From contig JAQGDQ010001482.1 in the NCBI GenBank assembly GCA_030141605.1, positions 1 through 38,625 on the forward strand: DNA of 38,625 nt. Direction: 5' to 3'. Both the position numbers and the translations under genes were made by a program. This document shows positions 1 through 11,350 of this stretch, in pieces (positions within the stretch are counted from its first letter, which is position 1; every line of letters starts with the position of its first letter). The stretch is from Tubiluchus corallicola. Taxonomy: Eukaryota; Animalia; Priapulida. The notes under the pieces were generated by a model. The model was given only the letters and a program-made list of their open reading frames with translations, was not told where the DNA came from and did no database searches.

Positions 1-518
1 AGAGACTGTAAAAATTCTGAGACATCTTCATAAACGAATGTACATAATTTGAATAGTGTATGAACTGTACATATTTTACAGCTTCGTAATTCGTCATGTA
101 AACTGCATTGCTATTGAGTTTGCTTAAAAGGCTTAACACAGCGGTGCCAATCAACATTCAGCTGTCTCATAGTGACAACGTTGTGTCGGATAACTGCATG
201 GATACTATCTCGATGCATGTTTTGTGAACAGTGAATCTAATCGTAGTTACATGAACAAAATAACAAATGAACATACTTTCCGTCGACCGAGATTGAACTT
301 TCTACGAGCGAATGTCAGTCCCAGTAACACAGCTATGCCAACAAACGTTACAGAAGCCAGGAGAATATAATACATTTCTGAAACATGAAAGAATAGAATG
401 TTGTTTGTGATTTTCTTCAGTAAGACTACCCTAATTTCTAAATTTAGTACAATCTATCTCACAAATGTGTAAAAAATAGACTGTTATGATGTTGTGTAAC
501 TTTCTTAGTTGACTTGCC

Positions 519-897
519 CAGGGATGGTTTATTCTCCTTTAGGCTAGTATAGACTGCAGCCTAGAGCCCCCCCCCCGAGCTTGGAGAGGCCTCAAGCTTT
601 GGTAACATTAATTTGGTAACAAAGTAAGTTTCTCCACTACGGTTATGTTGAAATATGTGCTAACTTGGTTTGCAATAGTAAAAAATAGTAGTATTTTTTA
701 AAGATTGTTTTGTTCACAAACAAAAGCTAGCTATTCTAGTTTACTTAACGTATTTGTCAAAAGTTTTCTTTAAGCTGCATAAATGTCGCTAAAATATATC
801 ACTTTAAGACGGTTGAGCTAACCTAAAGGGTGGCTCTGTTTCAGGGGGTCCACAATTTCATTAGTCTAGGGGCGTCTGAAATAATAATCCGGCCCTG
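519..897. mobile_element. Degenerate MITE-like element with CAGGG(CC)GG-type termini
   Basis: Left end CAGGGATGGTTTA, right end TAATCCGGCCCTG (imperfect inverted repeats) with GC-rich subterminal TAGGC/TAGGGG motifs; no clear TSD. Confidence 0.45.
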
Positions 898-2391
898 GAA
901 TATTAGTTAAACACATAGTATAACATCTCGAAATCAAGTTCCGGACAGAGAACAAACATGAAAGGGCAAACAGTAGCTACAGCTTCCGTCAATACTAATA
1001 ATACTTCTTCTTTTTTGTTCTCCGTACACGAACAGACGCATAAATGGTGTGAGAGGGAGAAGTAAGGAGAGAAAGATAAATGGTCGACTGGCCTCAGTCG
1101 ATAAAAAAACAAAATATCAGACAAAGATAGACGAAAAAAATGTGTGCCAGATAAATTGGATGTGGCAGATAATGTAGAGTCCGTCACATCTAACGAGATG
1201 AAGTAAATCTGTGTAGGATAACGGTATTACCTGCTGAAATAAATAATATATGACATCGATAGTTGATACAGCAGAAAATTTCTAACCCTAAATGCGAAAT
1301 ACGAACGAAAAACTTAGAATTTTTAAAAGAACAAAAAACTGAAAGTTTTTCATAAGACACTTAATATTTAATGATTTTATACAACAATGAAATTACAAAA
1401 ATGTGATAATTAATATCATAAGAACGAGTTCAACTGTTGCAAAACTTTTATTGTTCTGAAAACATATTTATAGTGAGGTATGTATATATACACCGTCCGG
1501 GTTTTATTTACTCAAATTTTAGGTCACGTGACCTAGACTGTTTTTTATACAAAATACTAAACATATATAGTATTTATAAAATATTAATGCAAATATTAGG
1601 TAAATTATCGAAAAAATTTAAATTTGGCCGACATTACCTCACTATACAATATTTACGATCAGTGCTTGGTTGAGTATAGGTGTAACAGGTGAGTTCTAAA
1701 CACAGAATACAAGCGAATTTACGGAATAATTTTTAACTAGCAAAGGCCCCGCAAAAAATTTGCGTATAAATACACGTATAATCAAAAATACGCGAACATC
1801 CTAGATAGTCCTCATTTATAAAGCAAAGCCTGCAGCAGCTTTTACTGAATAAAAGCTATAAGGTTATAGGCAGAGTATCATGGATGACGTCAGAACAATG
1901 GCTTTGCGTCAGCAGTTTTTAAAGCGAAAATTGCCGAAAATGGAACCTCTAATTAACTCGTCGGCACTCCTTTTGGTGGAGGTGTACTAAAATATAGCCC
2001 ACATTATCGTGTAGCCCTGTTCTTCCTCTTTCTAAAGAGCCATGCATTTCCTTTCGAGAGTCCCACCAGGCGCCGCTATAACGTTTTTTTCCGCAGGCTA
2101 TTTGTTCTTGCTGTGTAGGAATGTTTGACTTAGCAAAATCGAAATCACGATGACGTAACAAACACGGTGCCTGCTGACGTCTATTTTAGAAAAAGTGGAT
2201 CGTAGGTAATTTTGGTTTCTTAATTGTTACAGCTTGCAGAAGATGCGAAACTTGGAGTTGCGACGATTAACGTTTAGGGAAAGTATAGGGTAAGCTGTGA
2301 TCGAAATCCAATCCTGGACGTATCTATAGACCCTAACATTGCAAACCAAAGTAAATGCAATTGGCTGCATCAACTTTGTAGCTACAGAGGC

Positions 2392-3265
2392 TGTTGTACA
2401 AACTAGTCTGTCTTACTATAAAACTAGACTACCTTATTGTACAAACTGTTCACCTTATTGTATAAGATAGTCATTATTGTTATGCAAACTCGTGTGTCTT
2501 TTTATAAAACTAGTTTACCTTATTGTAGAAGCTGGTCTACGTTGTTGTACAAGCTAGTGTACATTGCTGTACAAACTAGTGTACATTGCTGTACAAACCA
2601 GTCTATATTGCTGTACAAGCTAGTGTACATTGCTGTACACGCTAGTGTACATTGCTGTACAAGACAGTGTACATTGCTGTACAAACTAGTGTACATTGCT
2701 GTACAAGCTAGTGTACATTGCTGTACAAGCTAGTCTACATTGCTGTACAAACTAGTGTACATTGCTGTACAAGCTAGTCTACATTGCTGTACAAACTAGT
2801 GTACATTGCTGTACAAACCAGTCTACATTGCTGTACAAGCTAGTGTACATTGCTGTACAAGCTAGTCTACATTGCTGTACAAACTAGTGTACATTACTGT
2901 ACAAACCAGTCTACATTGCTGTACAAGCTAGTCTACATTGCTGTACAAACTAGTGTACATTGCTGTACAAACCAGTCTGCATTGCTGTACAAGCTAGTGT
3001 ACATTGCTGTACAAGCTAGTCTACATTGCTGTACAAACTAGTGTACATTGCTGTACAAGCTAGTGTACATTGCTGTACAAGCTAGTGTACATTGCTGTAC
3101 AAACTAGTGTACATTGCTGTACAAACCAGTCTACATTGCTGTACAAGCTAGTGTACATTGCTGTACAAGCTAGCATACATTGCTGTACAAACTAGACTAC
3201 ATTGCTGTATAGACTAATCTATCTTGTTGTAGAAGCTAGTCTATTTTATTGTAAAAGCTAACCTA
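2392..3265. repeat. Minisatellite, 22-bp unit (RCTAGTSTACATTGCTGTACAA), about 30 core copies at 2544..3205 with degenerate flanking copies
   Basis: Direct periodicity; explains ORFs 2437..2733 and 2850..3041. Confidence 0.97.
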
Positions 3266-4386
3266 TGATCTTTCTCTGCTGATGTTGGTGTAAAGTCAGT
3301 TGTAAATAATCTCTGTCAGCTAAACTTCAGCTAGTCAAGCAGTAGTCGTTCATTCTGTTCAGTATATCATACGCACCCCTTATCAACTGAAGGCTCAGAT
3401 GCACATGATGAAGTGTTTTTCTTCTTCAACATTGGCTTCATTACAAATACTTGGTCAAGCAAAGATTCCCTGGGGTATGTTCCTAAATTATGAGCCTAAT
3501 GTCGCACGGAAGCATGAAAATTTGAAAACTGTTATTTGCTCGATTTGAGAAGAATCACGTAATCATACTGTGTAATTCAGACATGAAAATGTTAGTTTTG
3601 TCTTCCCGGAGAAAAAATGCGAACAAAAGAAGAAGCCCCAAAATTCTCAAATGAAAAGATGAAAAGTTGTTGTGATTATAAAAAAAAACGGGGCTGCACT
3701 AACGCTGATGTTTAGGCCAGTACAAAAAAACTGCTGAAGGGTCTAGGATAAAACCTAATTTAACTTGTCATTAAGTATTATTGCTGGCTAATAAGTCATG
3801 ATGTATCTATGTGAAGGCGGCTATTTAATTACAGCCTTTGTCCCCCAATTCTATACTCTGTTGTAGCTATGATTTAAAATAGAAAACAAACAATAGTCAT
3901 TGGCATAATAATGCGTGAGTCGAATTTAGTATCTTTGGAAACTTTGAGTAGGCAAAGTTAATACAAGGACAATGCTCTGATCTTACGAGTCTACTGTGTC
4001 ATCTGTTATCATGTACTGCTGCGTTGCGTGGAACCAATGTATCTTTTAAATAAAATTATTCATATTGTTGGCAAGTTCTTATACATAAGTAACACAATAG
4101 GCCATCAATACCAACACCTATAAGCTGGAAGATCAAAAGTCAATGTGCATTGTAAATTATCTATTCCGCCCTACTGCATCAAATTTTAATAAAATTAAAA
4201 TCTGGTAAGAATAAAATCCTAATCTGTAAAATTAATAGTTTCTTAATCCTTTTATTCTAAGCTCAAAAAGTCGATTTATTGCTGACTTGAAGGGACAACC
4301 AGTTTCTTATAGTATCTGTGATAAGCGTCATTTAATTTTAAGTTTTTGGTTTGGCGACTGTTTCACTCATTTTATAATTATATTTG

Positions 4387-6307
4387 TTCACATGTTGTTG
4401 TCTCGTATGTTTATAGATGTTCACATGTTGTTGTCTCGTATGTTTATAGATGTGCACATGTTGTTGTCTCATATGTTTATAGATGTGCACATGTTGTTGT
4501 CCCGTATGTTTATAGATGTGCACATGTTGTTGTCTCGTATGTTTATAGACGTGCACATGTTGTTGTCTCGTATGTTTATAGATGTGTACATGTTGTTGTC
4601 TCGTATGTTTATAGATGTGCACATGTTGTTGTCTCGTATGTTTATAGATGTGCACATGTTGTTGTCTCGTATGTTTATAGATGTGCACATGTTCTTGTCT
4701 CGTATGTTTATAGACGTGTACATGTTGTTGTCTCATATGTTTATAGATGTGCACATGTTGTTGTCCCGTATGTTTATAGATGTGCACATGTTGTTGTCTC
4801 GTATGTTTATAGACGTGCACATGTTGTTGTCTCGTATGTTTATAGATGTGTACATGTTGTTGTCTCGTATGTTTATAGATGTGCACATGTTGTTGTCTCG
4901 TATGTTTATAGGTGTGTACATGTTGTTGTCGCGTATGTTTATAGATGTGTACATGTTGTTGTCTCGTATGTTTATAGATGTGTACATGTTGTTGTCTCGT
5001 ATGTTTATAGATGTGCACATGTTGTTGTCTCGTATCTTTATAGATGTGTACATGTTGTTGTCTCGTATGTTTATAGATGTGTACATGTTGTTGTCTCGTA
5101 TGTTTATAGATGTGTACATGTTGTTGTCTCGTATGTTTATAGATGTGTACATGTTGTTGTCTCGTATGTTTATAGATGTGTACATGTTGTTGTCTCGTAT
5201 GTTTATAGATGTGTACATGTTGTTGTTTCGTATGTTTATAGATGTGCACATGTTGTTGTCTCGTATGTTTATAGATGTGTACATGTTGTTGTCTCGTATG
5301 TTTATAGATGTGCACATGTTGTTGTCTCGTATGTTTATAGATGTGTACATGTTGTTGTCTCGTATGTTTATAGATGTGCACATGTTGTTGTCTCGTATGT
5401 TTATAGATGTGTACATGTTGTTGTCTCATATGTTTATAGATGTGCACATGTTGTTGTCCCGTATGTTTATAGATGTGCACATGTTGTTGTCTCGTATGTT
5501 TATAGACGTGCACATGTTGTTGTCTCGTATGTTTATAGATGTGTACATGTTGTTGTCTCGTATGTTTATAGATGTGCACATGTTGTTGTCTCGTATGTTT
5601 ATAGATGTGCACATGTTGTTGTCTCGTATGTTTATAGATGTGCACATGTTCTTGTCTCGTATGTTTATAGACGTGTACATGTTGTTGTCTCATATGTTTA
5701 TAGATGTGCACATGTTGTTGTCCCGTATGTTTATAGATGTGTACATGTTGTTGTCTCGTATGTTTATAGATGTGTACATGTTGTTGTCTCGTATTTTTAT
5801 AGATGTGTACATGTTGTTGTCTCGTATGTTTATAGATGTGTACATGTTGTTGTCTCGTATGTTTATAGATGTGTACATGTTGTTGTCTCGTATGTTTATA
5901 GATGTGTACATGTTGTTGTTTCGTATGTTTATAGATGTGCACATGTTGTTGTCTCGTATGTTTATAGATGTGTACATGTTGTTGTCTCGTATGTTTATAG
6001 ATGTGTACATGTTGTTGTTTCGTATGTTTATAGATGTGCACATGTTGTTGTCTCGTATGTTTATAGATGTGCACATGTTGTTGTCTCGTATGTTTATAGA
6101 CGTGCACATGTTGTTGTCTCGTATGTTTATAGATGTGTACATGTTGTTGTCTCGTATGTTTATAGATGTGTACATGTTGTTGTCTCGTATGTTTATAGAT
6201 GTGTACATGTTGTTGTCTCGTGTGTTTATAGATGTGTACATGTTGTTGTCTCGTATGTTTATAGATGTGTACATGTTGTTGTCTCGTGTGTTTATAGATG
6301 TTTACAT
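4387..6307. repeat. Minisatellite, 33-bp unit (YACATGTTGTTGTCTCGTATGTTTATAGATGTG), about 58 copies
   Basis: Direct periodicity; generates the 11-aa-repeat ORFs on both strands. Confidence 0.98.
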
Positions 6308-6925
6308 TTTTAATTTTCAGCCAAATGAGATTAGTAATTATCACAAGGCTGAATAAATCTTATCTTATCTTGTTTCGTCACGTCACGCCTCCTCTCATCT
6401 CATTTCATCTCATCTTATCTCAGCGGCTGCTGTCTTCCACAATTAAAAGCGTGTACGGGCTTCTCGACCGTTACAGCGACCATGTAAACTAACACTGAGA
6501 CCCAAGATTTACCTTTGCTAGATGTGTTAACTGTCTAGACAAATGAATTGCTGTGCCACATTTTGAAAGCAAAACTCCCTCCCAGTTTCGTTAGCTAAAT
6601 TACAGTCTCTTGTTAACAGCCTCTTGTTAACAGCCTCTTGTAAATGCAAATTCCCGCAGATATTTACATACTTTGAAATTTGAAGAAAAATATCATAATA
6701 ATGTACATGTAGAAGTGATTGAGAAAGAAAATGAGTTGAAAAGTTGGTCATATTTAGAACAGCAACACGAAGTAATTTGTTTTGTTTAAAATGTGAAGGA
6801 AAGTTTAGGGAATGAAAGAACTCTGCCTAACCTCTTCAGGGAACGCCTACGCGTTTTGACTAGTAAAACGCATCATAAGTGGAACGGAAATAGACCCAGC
6901 GACTGTCGGTAATTAGCAACATTTT

Positions 6926-7795
6926 AGTTTAACTGTGATACTGACCGTCAGCTGTCAATGACCACTGAACACTGCAAGTTTAACTGTGGTACTGACCGTC
7001 AGCTGTCAATGACCACTGAACACTGCAAGTTTAACTGTGGTACTGACCGTCAGCTGCCAATGACCACTGAACACTGCAAGTTTAACTGTGATACTGACCG
7101 TCAGCTGTCAATGACCACTGAACACTGCAAGTTTAACTGTGGTACTGACCGTCAGCTGTCAATGACCACTGAACACTGCAAGTTTAACTGTGGTACTGAC
7201 CGTCAGCTGTCAGTGACCACTGAACACTGCAAGTTTAACTGTGGTACTGACCGTCAGCTGTCAATGACCACTGAACACTGCAAGTTTAACTGTGATACTG
7301 ACCGTCAGCTGTCAATGACCACTGAACACTGCAAGTTTAACTGTGGTACTGACCGTCAGCTGTCAATGACCACTGAACACTGCAAGTTTAACTGTGGTAC
7401 TGACCATCAGCTGTCAATGACCACTGAACACTGCAAGTTTAACTGTGGTACTGACCGTCAGCTGTCAATGACCACTGAACACTGCAAGTTTAACTGTGGT
7501 ACTGACCATCAGCTGTCAATGACCACTGAACACTGCAAGTTTAACTGTGGTACTGACCGTCAGCTGTCAATGACCACTGAACACTGCAAGTTTAACTGTG
7601 GTACTGACCGTCAGCTGTCAATGACCACTGAACACTGCAAGTTTAACTGTGGTACTGACCATCAGCTGTCAATGACCACTGAACACTACAAGTTTAACTG
7701 TGGTACTGACCGTCAGCTGTCAATGACCACTGAACACTGCAAGTTTAACTGTGGTACTGACCGTCAGCTGTCAATGACCACTGAACACTGCAAGT
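6926..7795. repeat. Minisatellite, 51-bp unit, 17 near-identical copies
   Basis: AGTTTAACTGTGGTACTGACCGTCAGCTGTCAATGACCACTGAACACTGCA repeated; explains ORF 6958..7809. Confidence 0.98.
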
Positions 7796-7965
7796 CAAGT
7801 GATCAGTAAGAACTTTCTTTGAAATCACAATGAGTGGTGAAACATTTTAGTGACAAAATATAAATAGTTAATAGTTATTGTTATTGTTATTGTTATTGAT
7901 ATATATTTATGCAAGTATTTGCTGTGTCTGTATGCAGTATAGCGCACTGTTGATCGCTGGACATA

Positions 7966-8506
7966 CAGGGTGTCTCATAAGTCAGTTTACACTTTACATT
8001 TTCTATTTTTAACACACGAAACAAAATGTTTGAAAGTTGGAACACATGAACCAAAACCTTGGGTAATTCTTTTTGGTCAAGTTAGATAAGTACACGAAAA
8101 GACTACTGAACTAGTAGCTTTGCTGTTTTCGCAACCTTTTTCAGGGACCTCAAGAGCTTCTCTGACTGACATAATGGTCAGACGATCAGTTCGTGTTGAG
8201 TTCACGAATGGTTAGGAAGAACCGCACCTTGCTGACAAACTACATTGTTAATAGTGAGAAAATGGTGAGGTTCTTCTGGTGTTCTGAATTTCCGCTGAAC
8301 TTCAGTTGGCAATCAGTTGAAGGACCTCATGCCAGACTGATTTTGCACCTCATTTTTAATGTTACTGTTGTCACCATAGAAACTGAGTTCCTATCAAAAA
8401 ATAAATGAAAAGAAATGGCAAAGGCCCCTTTCGATTCTTGTAAAAGCTTGCTGAGATTGGAGAAGAGTCAGAAATTAAAGTGTATACTGACTTGAGAGAC
8501 ACCCTG
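7966..8506 (+). mobile_element. Internally deleted Tc1/mariner-superfamily element (541 bp)
   Basis: 31-bp TIRs CAGGGTGTCTCATAAGTCAGTTTACACTTTA / TAAAGTGTATACTGACTTGAGAGACACCCTG (3 mismatches) with TA on both sides (7964-65, 8507-08). Interior remnants IIWSDD and VNSEKMVRFFWCSEFP resemble the FSDE and VNKQNxRxWxxENP transposase motifs. Confidence 0.85.
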
Positions 8507-8959
8507 TATTTATGGAACTTGCAGAGCACTAGACGAGACTAAATTAATGACCCATTGACACCTCCAAGGTTTTCGTTCAATCTGATACAAAAGTCAAGTT
8601 CACAAACTTCAGTCAGCATTTGAGGAAAACGCGTGTTTGTTGATTTTCGAACTGTAGTACATCACCTTGAGTGACCACTGGTCTTGTTTGGGACAATTTT
8701 CGTAGGCGTTTTGCGGCTTTCAGAGGTGTAGACTCAAAACAGATGTACACCTATTAAGTCACTACCGGCAAAAATTTTATTTGACAATTTTTGACCTTAT
8801 GACCTCAACCTTTTGGCTTTTAAACAAGGGCAACTTTGGCAACACACAGGTGAACAGATCCGACGCCTGTGAAATCTGACAAAATAAAAATAAAAAGTAA
8901 TTGGTTTCCAAGTCTTGTTGAGACTCATTCCGTGACTATTGTAATTTAGTAATTATACA

Positions 8960-9560
8960 TTTTATTTTTATTTTAAGGAAGTATCCATATGTACAATAAA
9001 ATTTAAATACATAAAACAAAATAAAACAAGACAGGTTAAAATGGATACGAGAGAGACGCAAAGAGTAAAATTACTATTTACACACGTCTGCAAAACACAA
9101 GTGTGTTGAAATGGCGATATTCATTAATTTTTGACTAAATAATTTACTGGAGGTGGCATTTACCAGAGGAGACTCATTTGCATTTTCAGGAAGAGAATTA
9201 AAGTACTTCACAACTCCATTGGCAAACGAATGTTGCGCTACAGATACAGATCGATTTGCATAAAGTTTGTGGCAATGATCCCTAGAAATTCTAGGAGCAT
9301 GGGAAAATTCTTTTCTATAACTTTATCCCCTTTCATTTTATTTTGTGGACAGACACATGGACATGCAGGCTGTCGTTTGAGTAGGTAAAATGCGTTCGAT
9401 GCTGCTTCTAACTTTAGAGAACCAGGAAATTGTGCAGGAAGTTGAATCCAGCCAACATGTAGCTACATACAATAACCTCGACAAAACTGCGGTTTCAGCT
9501 AAGCCAGTGATCATGGCCATCTTTAATACTTTATATTAGTTCCTGAATTCTAGCCCTAAC
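8960..9560 (-). mobile_element. Decayed 3' end of a CR1/L2-group LINE ORF2 with A-rich tail
   Basis: Minus-strand remnants AVLSRLLYVATCW and SRDHCHKL...HSFANGVVKYFNSLP match the SRLxY.../RGHxxKL...FFxxRVVxxWNSLP C-terminal motifs; AAATAAAAAT tail near 8960. Confidence 0.7.
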
Positions 9561-9780
9561 AGAATTTTTTAATTAATTAAAAGACTCAATTGTTATTACG
9601 TCTCAGTGCCCGCAGTGACACTTGACATTGACAGTAGATTCCTAGTAAATGAATAATTTAAACGTAAATCATCAACAATGTGATGATACACATGCCTAAT
9701 GACATTTATATATATCCCCAGTGATATTATTGATCCAGTAATTATATCTATCATTAAAGATAAATAACCAGATATCACTA

Positions 9781-10446
9781 GGTATCACAGACTGTCGGGA
9801 ATATAGACCTATTGCCTTTTCTACAGGCTTTCGTAAAATCTTTTGAGCATGTCAACGGTGGTAAGATTACGTTACATCTACTGACTCGCAATTTGGATTT
9901 AAGAACGGACATATTTATCTCTTTAAAGAGATTATTCAGCAATGCAGAAATCGTGAGAGCCCAACTTTTGCATGCTTTGTGGACGCAAGTAAAATCACTG
10001 ATAAGGTTTATTTTCTTCAAAAAACTGAAAGACACCGACTTCCCTACCCAATCGATAATTTCCTGAAATTCTGGTACTCTGCTCCGTGTGTTAGCCTGCG
10101 CTGAGGTTGGACTGTTTGTCGTTCCTTTCATATTAGTAATGGTGTTTGCCAAAGGGGTGTCCTGTCACATTTGCTATTTTTTTTATACATAAACAATTTG
10201 TCAAAAAATCTGTCTCTGAAATCTAATGCAGCAAGTATTAACCACCTGGTAAGTGTAGATGACCTTCGTTTAACTGCCCATTTTGTACCTGCTCTACACG
10301 ATTTACGTTGTCCTTAACCATTCTAAACTTACAAATAGTGTTTTTACCTATGTAATTAACTTTACTTTACATTTTTCTATTTATATATATTTTATGGCTT
10401 AAGGCTATGTATGTCTACGAGCTGAAATAAAAGAATAAACAAACAA
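9781..10446 (+). mobile_element. Decayed non-LTR retrotransposon reverse-transcriptase fragment
   Basis: Ordered, frameshifted motifs on +: EYRPIA (~9800), DSQFGFK (~9885), CFVDASKITDKV (~9975), GVCQRGVLSHLLF (10141), NHLVSVDDL (~10245, decayed YADD). A possible LINE tail CTGAAATAAA...AAACAAACAAA lies at ~10422-10446. Confidence 0.85.
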
Positions 10447-10452
10447 ATATGT

Positions 10453-10510
10453 AGAATTTGTTAAGGAGACGTTTCGACCATCACAAACGGTCATTTTCAA
10501 CTCAAACTCT
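10453..10510 (-). ncRNA. Degenerate Penelope-type minimal hammerhead-ribozyme-like motif
   Basis: Minus strand: AGAGTTTG..TTGAAAA-T-GACC(loop)GGTC-GAAAC-GTC...CAAATTCT. Stem II and the GUC triplet are intact, but the CUGANGA box is mutated. Confidence 0.4.
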
Positions 10511-11091
10511 GCTCACATACACAGTTTCTGAGCCGCTGGGCATGTTTATCACAGGGTTAGTGATTTTGTTTTTGTTAAGACTGAGATTCTCACACTGGCA
10601 AAGATCCTGTTTTAATAACGTGTTCAGTAATAAGTTTCCACACTATTCTCTGTTTGTATAACCCAAGCATTCAATTTAATACTCCGTCCTAGTTGCTTCA
10701 TATAAGCGAGACTAAGCAAATAAAATCAACGAAATTGTTGTATTATATAGTTAGTTACAGAGGGTATAATTTATTGATGTTGCAACCGCTGGATTTTTGA
10801 TTGAAGCCGTCTAGTTATAAATTCTGTTATATTTTTGTGTATCTTTGTAGTTTTTTAACAGTGCATGAACATGTGCTAGCCTTTCTTAGTTTTTAGTGTA
10901 AATTTTAACTTTTATAAAAAATACAGCATTTCTGGGTCCTGAACTACACTTTAAATAGATGAAAAATAAAGTAACCAGTTTATAGTCAGTGAACTAGTTG
11001 TTCTTTTCAAATTTTGAACGTTTTTATTCTTTTTCACTTGACGGGTTTTTCACGTACATGTAAGCGAACATGACTGCTAGGTTTGAACTGC

Positions 11092-11097
11092 TTTATT
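11092..11097 (-). terminator. Candidate polyadenylation signal AATAAA of the LRR gene (second candidate at 11023..11028)
   Basis: tttatt on the + strand, downstream of the predicted stop; the hexamer is common by chance in AT-rich DNA. Confidence 0.35.
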
Positions 11098-11273
11098 TGT
11101 GTTTCTTAAAATTGTGGTAATGCATTCTGGACTTTTTAATATAATTTTCTAGTTACTGCAAAAATACATTCATTAATTCTACCTCTCTAAGAAAATCAAG
11201 ATGTGAACTTTCCTGCAATCTAGTTCAAGTACTTGGACAAGTTGTATGCAATGCATAGACAAATCTGCCCTCT

Positions 11274-11350
11274 TCACACTAAAACCGGACTTTCAGGCGG
11301 TTTACCCAAATGGTTTACCACACTTGACGGTTTTGGGGCAATCTGGGAAC
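11274..11350 (-). CDS. Probable terminal coding exon: GSQIAPKPSSVVNHLGKPPESPVLV*
   Basis: Good acceptor tttcgctctcccag, phase-1 compatible, TGA at 11276..11274, AATAAA about 180 bp downstream. There is no conserved motif, so it is less certain than the other exons. Confidence 0.6.

Noticed and set aside
4287-6356. 655-689 aa ORFs on both strands
   Set aside because: They are pure translations of a 33-bp tandem unit lacking stops in most frames; there is no unique coding flank or frame preference.
6958-7809. 283-aa Cys/His repeat ORF (MTTEHCKFNCGTDRQLS)n resembling a metal-binding protein
   Set aside because: It coincides exactly with the 51-bp array, variants are not biased to synonymous sites, and there is no signal peptide or splice context.
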